A DNA stretch of 64,000 nt, taken from a virus. Where the stretch lies: positions 1 through 64,000 of the IMG/VR virus record IMGVR_UViG_3300032213_001531; one strand, given 5' to 3'. The stretch's first letter is position 1; each line of letters starts with the position of its first letter. Made by a program: the position numbers and the translations under genes. This document shows, in pieces, positions 16,936 to 24,016 of this stretch. The notes beneath the pieces were generated by a model. It saw nothing but the letters and a program-made list of their open reading frames with translations, was not told where the DNA came from and did not search any database.

Positions 16936-17286
16936 TTAGTGACGATATATACCAACATCAATATTTTTGAGTTGGGCTGCTTCTGCCAGCTTTGACACTG
17001 GATCTTTGGGATTGCTTAAAAAAGCAAAGTGATTAATTGAATCAAAGTTTTCTTCAATCCAACTTGGTGCTACATTGTGAAACTTAATTCTTTTACCTCT
17101 TGCCTTTAATCCTCTTTCAGATAAATTTGAAAACTCTGAAACCATTGCATTAATTTTAGATGGCCCAGCAGAATAAATATAAAAATAAGGATCTTCGGCA
17201 GGTAGACCAGACATAGCTACTGCCATTGCCCTTAAGAATACGTTATAGTCGTCAAAACTAACCGTTCCTTGAACCGCAATATTCAT
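16936..17286 (-). CDS. Hypothetical protein, SLOG/YspA-like N-terminus
   Basis: MNIAVQGT..F.DY pattern. Confidence 0.55.
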   Translation of the reverse strand: MNIAVQGTVSFDDYNVFLRAMAVAMSGLPAEDPYFYIYSAGPSKINAMVSEFSNLSERGLKARGKRIKFHNVAPSWIEENFDSINHFAFLSNPKDPVSKLAEAAQLKNIDVGIYRH

Positions 17287-17287
17287 T

Positions 17288-17683
17288 TTACTTCCCATCT
17301 CTTAGTCTATCAACTATAAATAACATCTTATCTAATTGTATCTTATCCATACTCATTATGTCAAGTACCTTGGTGCTATCTATATCTATCTTATCATTAT
17401 CCAAAGAAGCCGAATAGAATAAATTATCTTTAATCCAATAAGCTGTATTGTCAAGAATGATAACCTTTACATTGGTTTTTTCTTCGTGTTTTGAAGATTG
17501 CCTATCTGGTTTCTTAATCATAAACTTCATAGGCGGAAGCAATGGTTTAATTATTTCATGTATATGGCTTTGACTATATCTAAATGTAGGCGCTTTACTC
17601 TTAGAAATTTCTTTGCTAAAAAATATTTTGGCAGAAAAATATAATACTATAAAAGTAGACAAAGATCCAACCAAATATTCCAT
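17288..17683 (-). CDS. Membrane-anchored hypothetical protein
   Basis: N-terminal hydrophobic segment. Confidence 0.7.
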   Translation of the reverse strand: MEYLVGSLSTFIVLYFSAKIFFSKEISKSKAPTFRYSQSHIHEIIKPLLPPMKFMIKKPDRQSSKHEEKTNVKVIILDNTAYWIKDNLFYSASLDNDKIDIDSTKVLDIMSMDKIQLDKMLFIVDRLRDGK

Positions 17684-17699
17684 ATACACCTCTGATTAA

Positions 17700-18032
17700 T
17701 TATACCATCAAGAGTCTTATGATTTCTTTTAATGTATATTGATGGTTTTTATCTAACTTTTTTATTTCTTCCTCGTCAAAAGCTTTTGGCAGCAACTTTA
17801 TTAAAGGATTTTTCTCTGTTACATCCATAGAAATAAAACCATATTGCCATAAAGCCATTGCTTCTGTTGAAAGATATGTAGACATTTCATTATGTAGTTC
17901 TGGATTAATGTCAACTAGTTTTTCTGTAAAATTATACAGAGCTTCGCCCGTTTCCATGTCTATTCCAGCAATTTCTAATGCACCACTAAGAATTAAGTTA
18001 TTGATTATCTCATCTTCACTATCTTGCATCAT
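17700..18032 (-). CDS. Hypothetical protein, paralog of 31652..31903
   Basis: LIL..ALEI.G.D..TGE..Y..TE.L...NPEL. Confidence 0.7.
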   Translation of the reverse strand: MMQDSEDEIINNLILSGALEIAGIDMETGEALYNFTEKLVDINPELHNEMSTYLSTEAMALWQYGFISMDVTEKNPLIKLLPKAFDEEEIKKLDKNHQYTLKEIIRLLMV

Positions 18033-19104
18033 TCTCTCCTTTTTTAAATCCCATTATTTTTTTAGCTTCAGATAAAGATTTTTCATCTGGCGCTCCCCAA
18101 TAGCCTAAATAGTCTCCATTAATTATTTTTTTATAATTATCTGTTGATTGAGAAATACAATGCTGCATGTATTTCCCACTTGATGAACTTGGAGGCCTAA
18201 AGCTTCTCCAATTCCATTCTGGATCTAAAAGTTTTACTACTCTATCATTAGAATTATTAGGGCTTTCATATTTACTTAATGATAAAAACAATGGGTCTTG
18301 CATTGAAAAAATTCTATAACCTCTAGACAGAAGTCTTAAACTTTGATTAATTTGATCACCGTGAAAATGATCTGCTGGATCATGCATAACCTCTCTGATA
18401 ACAGAATATTTAAAGAAAACTATTGATGCATGTATACAATTTATTTCAGGATATTTTTCTTCACCAAATGACTGAGCGCCATAAGTAATTGGAAGACCAA
18501 CATTTATTTCATCAAAATTTGTTCCTTGCCATCCATCAAATACAACTTGTGGTTTTGTATTTTTATAATCATCAAACTCGTGATAATTATTATTATATAC
18601 ATCTATTTTATGTATGTTTTTTTCTTTAAAGATTTCATCGTATGACAAAATTGAATCTCTATCGTTAATATCATAGTAGAGATTTCCTCTTGGGATAGCG
18701 CTTAGTACTACTTTGTCTGTTTTTACAATTTTCTTTACGTTATTAAAATTTTCTATTAATTTCAAGTCCCAGTCTTTTGTAAAAACTGTATGAGAGTCTA
18801 TCTGTAAAACATAGTCATGTTCTCTATTTGTTAAAAGAGAGGCGTTCATTCTTCCAAAACCCGTACCCATTGGAGCAGGTGTAACAATCTCAGCATAAAA
18901 AATATTAGAGTTATTTGTAAAAAAATCATTATCTAAAAGAGATTTGTCTCTTTCTAAGATATTATTAAACACTCCAAAGAATATTCTTTCTTGATGATTG
19001 GCTTGTGACATTGCGCTTTTAATTGTATGTTCAATTAAATACTCATTACATGCTGCTATTGTAACAAAAATGGTTTGATCTATAGGCTCTTTATTGATCT
19101 CCAT
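18019..19104 (-). CDS. GT-A glycosyltransferase, Gnt1/Skp1-hydroxyproline GlcNAc-transferase-like
   Basis: TIFV.IAA, A...ERIFFGV, G....R and Y.LQIDSH..F..DWD motifs. Confidence 0.78.
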   Translation of the reverse strand: MEINKEPIDQTIFVTIAACNEYLIEHTIKSAMSQANHQERIFFGVFNNILERDKSLLDNDFFTNNSNIFYAEIVTPAPMGTGFGRMNASLLTNREHDYVLQIDSHTVFTKDWDLKLIENFNNVKKIVKTDKVVLSAIPRGNLYYDINDRDSILSYDEIFKEKNIHKIDVYNNNYHEFDDYKNTKPQVVFDGWQGTNFDEINVGLPITYGAQSFGEEKYPEINCIHASIVFFKYSVIREVMHDPADHFHGDQINQSLRLLSRGYRIFSMQDPLFLSLSKYESPNNSNDRVVKLLDPEWNWRSFRPPSSSSGKYMQHCISQSTDNYKKIINGDYLGYWGAPDEKSLSEAKKIMGFKKGENDAR

Positions 19105-19354
19105 AGCTAATTAGCTCCTCTAATTGAACCTTTGTTTTGGCTCCAGTAGTTCTATGAACCTCTGTATTGTCTTTCATTACAACAAATGTTGGTACAGATT
19201 TTATATTAAAGTCGCTTGCCATTTCCATCTCAATGTCAACATCAATGATATAAAACCTTGTTTCAGACTGATCTTGATTTAGTTCCTCTACAAGTGGTCT
19301 TGTCCTCTTACAAGGATTACACCATTCTGCTGTAAAATATAATACAGTATTCAA
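19091..19354 (-). CDS. Thioredoxin
   Basis: FTAEWCNPCK; SVPT. Confidence 0.9.
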   Translation of the reverse strand: MNTVLYFTAEWCNPCKRTRPLVEELNQDQSETRFYIIDVDIEMEMASDFNIKSVPTFVVMKDNTEVHRTTGAKTKVQLEELISYGDQ

Positions 19355-19762
19355 TTACTTACCAGACTTTTTTCTTGCTTTAGCAAGTGCCTCAAAATCT
19401 TTTACCTTTGTGTCTCCAAGGTAACCCCAAGCATATCCATCATTAATCATCATGTCATTAAGGGATACTGTGTCTCCATTGATATATACCCAGCCCAAAA
19501 TGCGACCATACTTCTCAGATGAATCCATCTTTTCAGTCTTGATTACAACAGATTTGGCATCCTTTAGAGCTTTCTTTAGATACTCTTTAGCTTCAAGACC
19601 AAGAGCTTTTTCTTTTAGATCCTTTGTGCGAGATTCGGGTGTATCAATACCAGCTAATCTAACACGAGATGCAAATAGAATATCAAACCCTAAATCAATA
19701 AGAACATCGATGGTATCTCCATCTACTACGCCTTCTACTTTTCTTACATAATACTCATACAT
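19355..19762 (-). CDS. Thermonuclease (SNase-like)
   Basis: VVDGDTI, RVRLAGIDTPE and KYGRILG motifs. Confidence 0.9.
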   Translation of the reverse strand: MYEYYVRKVEGVVDGDTIDVLIDLGFDILFASRVRLAGIDTPESRTKDLKEKALGLEAKEYLKKALKDAKSVVIKTEKMDSSEKYGRILGWVYINGDTVSLNDMMINDGYAWGYLGDTKVKDFEALAKARKKSGK

Positions 19763-20016
19763 TAGTAGTCCTTGCCTTTCGCTTTGTCTTCAACAAGTTT
19801 TTCTCGTTCATCTATAATAGTAATAGCAAAACTCATCATCTTCTTGTATCCTTTTCGATCATTCATAATTTTGTTATAGTGGTGCCCACAAAATAATAAT
19901 TCTCCAGTTAAGCCTGAAATTTTAGTTAGTGCTTCTGCTCCACATGAATCACAGCGGTCTAATGGTGATAGTACCCATTCAATTTTTTCGTCTAAGGCTT
20001 CTAACATCGTATTCAT
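19762..20016 (-). CDS. Zn-binding hypothetical protein
   Basis: DRCD.CGA...L.FCGHH. Confidence 0.7.
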   Translation of the reverse strand: MNTMLEALDEKIEWVLSPLDRCDSCGAEALTKISGLTGELLFCGHHYNKIMNDRKGYKKMMSFAITIIDEREKLVEDKAKGKDY

Positions 20017-20022
20017 AGTATA

Positions 20023-20211
20023 CTACTTCTTTCTGTTATCAGTGGAATAAAATCCACTACCGTTGAAAACTGCTCCTACATTAGAGTATACACGTTCCAG
20101 TGGTAGATTGCAAGTTTCACAACCATAACCTGGATCGTCTTCTTTAATTGAACGAACTTTTAAAACTATATCTTCGCAAGATCCAGTACATTTATATTCA
20201 TACGCTGGCAT
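20023..20211 (-). CDS. FmdB-like zinc-ribbon protein
   Basis: MP.YEYKC...C..C...F.GSGFYSTD. Confidence 0.85.
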   Translation of the reverse strand: MPAYEYKCTGSCEDIVLKVRSIKEDDPGYGCETCNLPLERVYSNVGAVFNGSGFYSTDNRKK

Positions 20212-20429
20212 TAGTCTATCTTTTTTCCAAACTTAGCCCAAACTCTTTCATGTAGAAAATATCCAACCATTTCACATCCTGTATATATGATTGCAAATGT
20301 GCCAGCATATTCCCAATGAGCTTCACCAGTAATAGCTTTTTCAAAGAAATAAACCAATGTTCCAACAAATCCAATGTGGACTACTGGCCAAGTAATTGAC
20401 TTATAAAAACTTCTCTTGCTTGATTCCAT
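20211..20429 (-). CDS. DUF2061-like membrane protein
   Basis: RS..KSITW...YFLHERVW. Confidence 0.75.
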   Translation of the reverse strand: MESSKRSFYKSITWPVVHIGFVGTLVYFFEKAITGEAHWEYAGTFAIIYTGCEMVGYFLHERVWAKFGKKID

Positions 20430-20431
20430 GA

Positions 20432-21241
20432 TTACCCCTTAAGTGCTTTGAAAGTTTTAGGACCAATTACACCATCTGCTGCGCCAAGTTGTGGATTCTT
20501 TTTTTGCCACGCAATTACAGCCTTTTTAGTTCCTTCACCAAACTCGCCATCAGCTGTGATTCCAAGAGCAGTTTGAACAATCTTGACATCTGAACCCTTA
20601 GATCCAATCTTTAGGGCTTTAAAGGCTGCTGGAGCCTTCTTGACAGCCTTCTTTGCTGCTGGTGCTGAAGTTGGAGCAGCAGGGGTATCTGTTGATGTAA
20701 CTTTAGATAGTAAAGGTGCATTTTCTTCTCCAGCATATACTGGACGACCCCAACCGACAACTGCGTTGACTAACTTTTTCTTGTTATTTTTTACATAGCC
20801 ACGAGTCTTCTCAACACACATTCCGCCATTGCGCTGATCTCCCTTTGCAGTTCCTGAAGTGTTTCCTTCAATAACTTGAATAGTACCATCGCCATTGTTC
20901 TTGATACAAAGACCAACATGTGAAATACGATTTACCCCATCATCTGGGAAGTCAAAGTAAATCCAATCTCCTGGAGTTGGATCATCGTTGCGAGCATCTG
21001 CCCAACGATTATTCTTCTTAAACCAATCTGATGCTGCAACAGTTGCTGCACTCTTTGGATACTTTTTAGCATCAAGTCCTGAAGTATACGCACACCAAGA
21101 AACAAATGACTGGCACCATGGAAGGAAGTTTGCACCTGTCCACTTACCGTACTTTGTTTCATTATCTTTTGGACCTTCAATAGTCCCAATTTCCGCTTTA
21201 GCAACCTCAATGATTGCTTCTAATGATCCTTTTGCTGCCAT
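20432..21241 (-). CDS. Endolysin (CHAP domain + peptidoglycan-binding domain)
   Basis: PWC..FVSW, HVG, IEGNT; Ala/Lys linker; ADG.FG..T..AV..WQ...DG.IGP.T. Confidence 0.9.
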   Translation of the reverse strand: MAAKGSLEAIIEVAKAEIGTIEGPKDNETKYGKWTGANFLPWCQSFVSWCAYTSGLDAKKYPKSAATVAASDWFKKNNRWADARNDDPTPGDWIYFDFPDDGVNRISHVGLCIKNNGDGTIQVIEGNTSGTAKGDQRNGGMCVEKTRGYVKNNKKKLVNAVVGWGRPVYAGEENAPLLSKVTSTDTPAAPTSAPAAKKAVKKAPAAFKALKIGSKGSDVKIVQTALGITADGEFGEGTKKAVIAWQKKNPQLGAADGVIGPKTFKALKG

Positions 21242-21290
21242 GTTAAATCTCCTTTGTATAGTCTTTAAGACTTAATCTATTATATCAGAA

Positions 21291-21563
21291 TCAGGCTTGG
21301 CCTGTCAACCTTATGTGCGTTCTCATCCTATGACAATTAGCACATACTACTTCACATTTTGCAATCTCTTTTTTGATTGCTGCCCAAGAAAATCCATCAT
21401 GAATCATTCTTGAAATATTATATTTTTTATCTCTAAGGTGATCAAAATCTAAGACTATATGATTTGTAATACCACAATCAACACACCCAGACAGTTCTTT
21501 AATCTCCATCAGTCTTTTTTTAAACTGTTGTTTATTATAAACTACCAACTCTTTGTCAGTCAT
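21291..21563 (-). CDS. HNH endonuclease-like protein
   Basis: C.DCG, LDFDH, CANCH. Confidence 0.8.
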   Translation of the reverse strand: MTDKELVVYNKQQFKKRLMEIKELSGCVDCGITNHIVLDFDHLRDKKYNISRMIHDGFSWAAIKKEIAKCEVVCANCHRMRTHIRLTGQA

Positions 21564-21591
21564 TAAAATTATTATACCGCTAAATGTTAAA

Positions 21592-21672
21592 GCCCTATAC
21601 AGGTAATTCAGGCACGAAGGCCAGGTCGTATAAATGGGTAACTAAATCCATCTCTAAGGTCCTGTATAGGGT
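21592..21672 (-). ncRNA. Putative ~80-nt small RNA, three-way junction
   Basis: 11-bp closing stem CCCTATACAGG/CCTGTATAGGG; extended -10 TGATATGAT immediately upstream; two inner hairpins. Confidence 0.55.
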
Positions 21673-21701
21673 ATTTTAATCATATCACTTTATTTAATTT
21701 G

Positions 21702-21774
21702 CTGCCTCACCTGGCCTCGATCCAGGGACATCCGAATTAACAGTTCGGCGCTCTACCAACTGAGCTATGAGGCA
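21702..21774 (-). tRNA. tRNA-Asn (anticodon GTT)
   Basis: TGCCTCA/TGAGGCA acceptor, CCGAA-CTGTTAA-TTCGG, G discriminator; atypical T-loop ATCGAGG. Confidence 0.88.
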
Positions 21775-21780
21775 AATCCT

Positions 21781-22548
21781 TTATGAGTAGATTTCAACTA
21801 ATCCATTAGACAAGTTGCTAAGGCTTACCCAACGTGCTGCAACTGCTGAAGTAGCAGATGAAGTGGTTAGGGGAATAAGACCAAAAACATTAGATACAAA
21901 GTTTGATCCATTAGTTTTTTGAAGATCTACAGAAAAATCAGTGTTTAAATCAAACACATTTCCAGGACTTGTAACTGAATTTGTATCAGTAATACATGCT
22001 GGATAATCTACATTTTTCTTAGGAGCATTTCCAGTTGAAATAAATACTGGAATACCCTTAGACTTAAGTACAGAAATCAAATTTCTAATTTCTTTATCTG
22101 CTAAATCTACTGTATATGGTGCTGAGGCACTTGGCATACAGGGTTTAGATGGATGGTTAAAAAATCTTGAAAATGATACAGCAGCAATTTGAGAAGAATT
22201 GGTATTTACCCAACGCAAAGCATCAATAAAAGTTGCTGGAGTTACATCTGATTGTGGGCTTGGTGAAGATCTTAAAGCAATAATCTTTAAGCTTGTATTT
22301 TGCTTTTTAGCAACTTCAACCATGGCATTTCCGTGATTTAAATTATCTGATAAAGAGCTTGGAAACTTTTTGACAACGTCTGTACAAGGTGCTTTGGTTG
22401 CAACTACTACACATAAAACATTTGAAGATGCTACTCTTGAATCAAAGTATGAGTCAATAATAACTAAAGACTTAGTTTCTGTTGCTTGTGATTGAATTGG
22501 TGTTACGATTGAAAACAATAATACAAATGCTGCTAATACTTTTTTCAT
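21781..22548 (-). CDS. Secreted subtilisin-like (S8) protease, divergent
   Basis: Signal peptide; IIDS, NHG..M, STGN, YPAC and TTSSAT motifs. Confidence 0.72.
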   Translation of the reverse strand: MKKVLAAFVLLFSIVTPIQSQATETKSLVIIDSYFDSRVASSNVLCVVVATKAPCTDVVKKFPSSLSDNLNHGNAMVEVAKKQNTSLKIIALRSSPSPQSDVTPATFIDALRWVNTNSSQIAAVSFSRFFNHPSKPCMPSASAPYTVDLADKEIRNLISVLKSKGIPVFISTGNAPKKNVDYPACITDTNSVTSPGNVFDLNTDFSVDLQKTNGSNFVSNVFGLIPLTTSSATSAVAARWVSLSNLSNGLVEIYS

Positions 22549-22549
22549 T

Positions 22550-22732
22550 TTAATCCTTTATCCTAATTACTACTTGACATGGGTCGCCACCTTGGTCCCA
22601 CTCTTCTATTTCTTCTTCACTCATGTATGGATCGCCATCATGAGTATTACAGAACGGTTCTGTTATCCATCCCCGCTCAATTCCATTAGTTAGCCAGATG
22701 TTAAATTCATCATAGTCTTGATCAATAGTCAT
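22550..22732 (-). CDS. Hypothetical protein
   Basis: W...G...GWI....C.THDG...G.DPC; leaderless. Confidence 0.7.
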   Translation of the reverse strand: MTIDQDYDEFNIWLTNGIERGWITEPFCNTHDGDPYMSEEEIEEWDQGGDPCQVVIRIKD

Positions 22733-22747
22733 ACTTTAAGTATAGTC

Positions 22748-23272
22748 CTAAACACTGACAATGTCAACTGGACCAGCACAAGATGGTGAAAACTTAATTG
22801 CTGCTCCAACTGCTAATTGTAAACGTCTGCGTGGGTCTCTAGATTTTTCAGTTGCGTGAAGAGCACCGTAAGCATACTCAGCACCAGAACCCATTGCTAA
22901 ATAATCTAAATCATATTTTGATAAAGACATATCTGCGGAGCTGTGTTCATAAATTTGTCCTTTAATTGCAATAATTAAACCAAAGTCTGAATCTTTTCCT
23001 GTGTCAACCCACCAGTCTGTATAAAACTTTTTGAGTTGTTTGATAAACTTGGTTTGCATAAACTTATCTGTGTCACGAATATCTGGTATGTCTGGATTAA
23101 AATTATAACGAAGTCTTTCGCCATCCATAGAACCTGCATAGCCAATTAAATATGGACCAAGCTTCCAAACTTTTGGTGCAGTAAGTGATAGAATCGTTCC
23201 ATCATCTGAAGCACCACGATCACCAGCTAAATAAATTTTATTTTCATGTCTTACTACAGCGATACAAGTCAT
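22748..23272 (-). CDS. Ntn-hydrolase, proteasome beta/HslV-like protease
   Basis: MTCI N-terminal Thr, AGD, AMGSG..YA.GAL; TTGACA-17-TATACT promoter at 23305-23333. Confidence 0.8.
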   Translation of the reverse strand: MTCIAVVRHENKIYLAGDRGASDDGTILSLTAPKVWKLGPYLIGYAGSMDGERLRYNFNPDIPDIRDTDKFMQTKFIKQLKKFYTDWWVDTGKDSDFGLIIAIKGQIYEHSSADMSLSKYDLDYLAMGSGAEYAYGALHATEKSRDPRRRLQLAVGAAIKFSPSCAGPVDIVSV

Positions 23273-23349
23273 GGCTAAAGCCCTCTCCAGATAGGTTATA
23301 TTTAAGTATACCATCCCTGGAAAGGGCTGTCAAACATGCTTAATTATGA

Positions 23350-23637
23350 CTAATTAGCCTTTTTGTCTACTGATTTAAAAGCATCATTAATCTCTGCTAA
23401 TGTTAGCTTTCCATCGTCCAAAAAAGCTCTTGCCAGTCTTTCAATAACTGTGGCTACGCCTAATAGTCCTGCTAAGAATACAGCCTGCATAGTATCAATT
23501 CCTACTACTGCTCCTGCTCCTAAGACTGATAGTCCTGATGCTGCGAATACCGCTAAAATTCTCATAAGAATATTTGTTATTGCTTTTTGTGGGTGCTCTT
23601 TTTTAGGGGCTTCTACTACTATTTTTTTAGTTGCCAT
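23350..23637 (-). CDS. Two-TM membrane protein with EF-hand-like tail (possibly holin-like)
   Basis: Hydrophobic segments; DDGKLTLAEI. Confidence 0.65.
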   Translation of the reverse strand: MATKKIVVEAPKKEHPQKAITNILMRILAVFAASGLSVLGAGAVVGIDTMQAVFLAGLLGVATVIERLARAFLDDGKLTLAEINDAFKSVDKKAN

Positions 23638-23849
23638 TATTTATCTCCTTTTCCTGCAAAGTATCCACCAATAATTCCTATTAGTCCTACTAATGCATTT
23701 TGTACTAATGCTATTGCATCTGAGTTTGTTCCAAATTTTTCACCTGATGTTGCCTGCTGCATTAACATTGAAGAGTATTCTCCAATTACGACAAGGCCAA
23801 TAAAACCTAATATTCCTAGGGTAATTACCCACATTAATTTATCTTTCAT
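23637..23849 (-). CDS. Two-TM membrane protein
   Basis: Hydrophobic segments; GxxGxxGG. Confidence 0.65.
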   Translation of the reverse strand: MKDKLMWVITLGILGFIGLVVIGEYSSMLMQQATSGEKFGTNSDAIALVQNALVGLIGIIGGYFAGKGDK

Positions 23850-24016
23850 TCGTCATCATCTCTATTTCTAATTGGATAGGTAATTGCCCATGCAATCAAT
23901 GTACCTATAATTGCATAACCCACTATCGTCTTTGCCGAACCATCAAGGACAACCCAGGCAATAAACATACCTAGAAGTGTCCAAAGCTGATCTATCATAT
24001 CTTTTATTACTCTCAT
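23846..24016 (-). CDS. Two-TM membrane protein (56 aa, ...DQLWTLLGMFIAW...), not in the ORF track
   Basis: Translated by hand; TGATG and ATGA coupling. Confidence 0.7.
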   Translation of the reverse strand: MRVIKDMIDQLWTLLGMFIAWVVLDGSAKTIVGYAIIGTLIAWAITYPIRNRDDDE

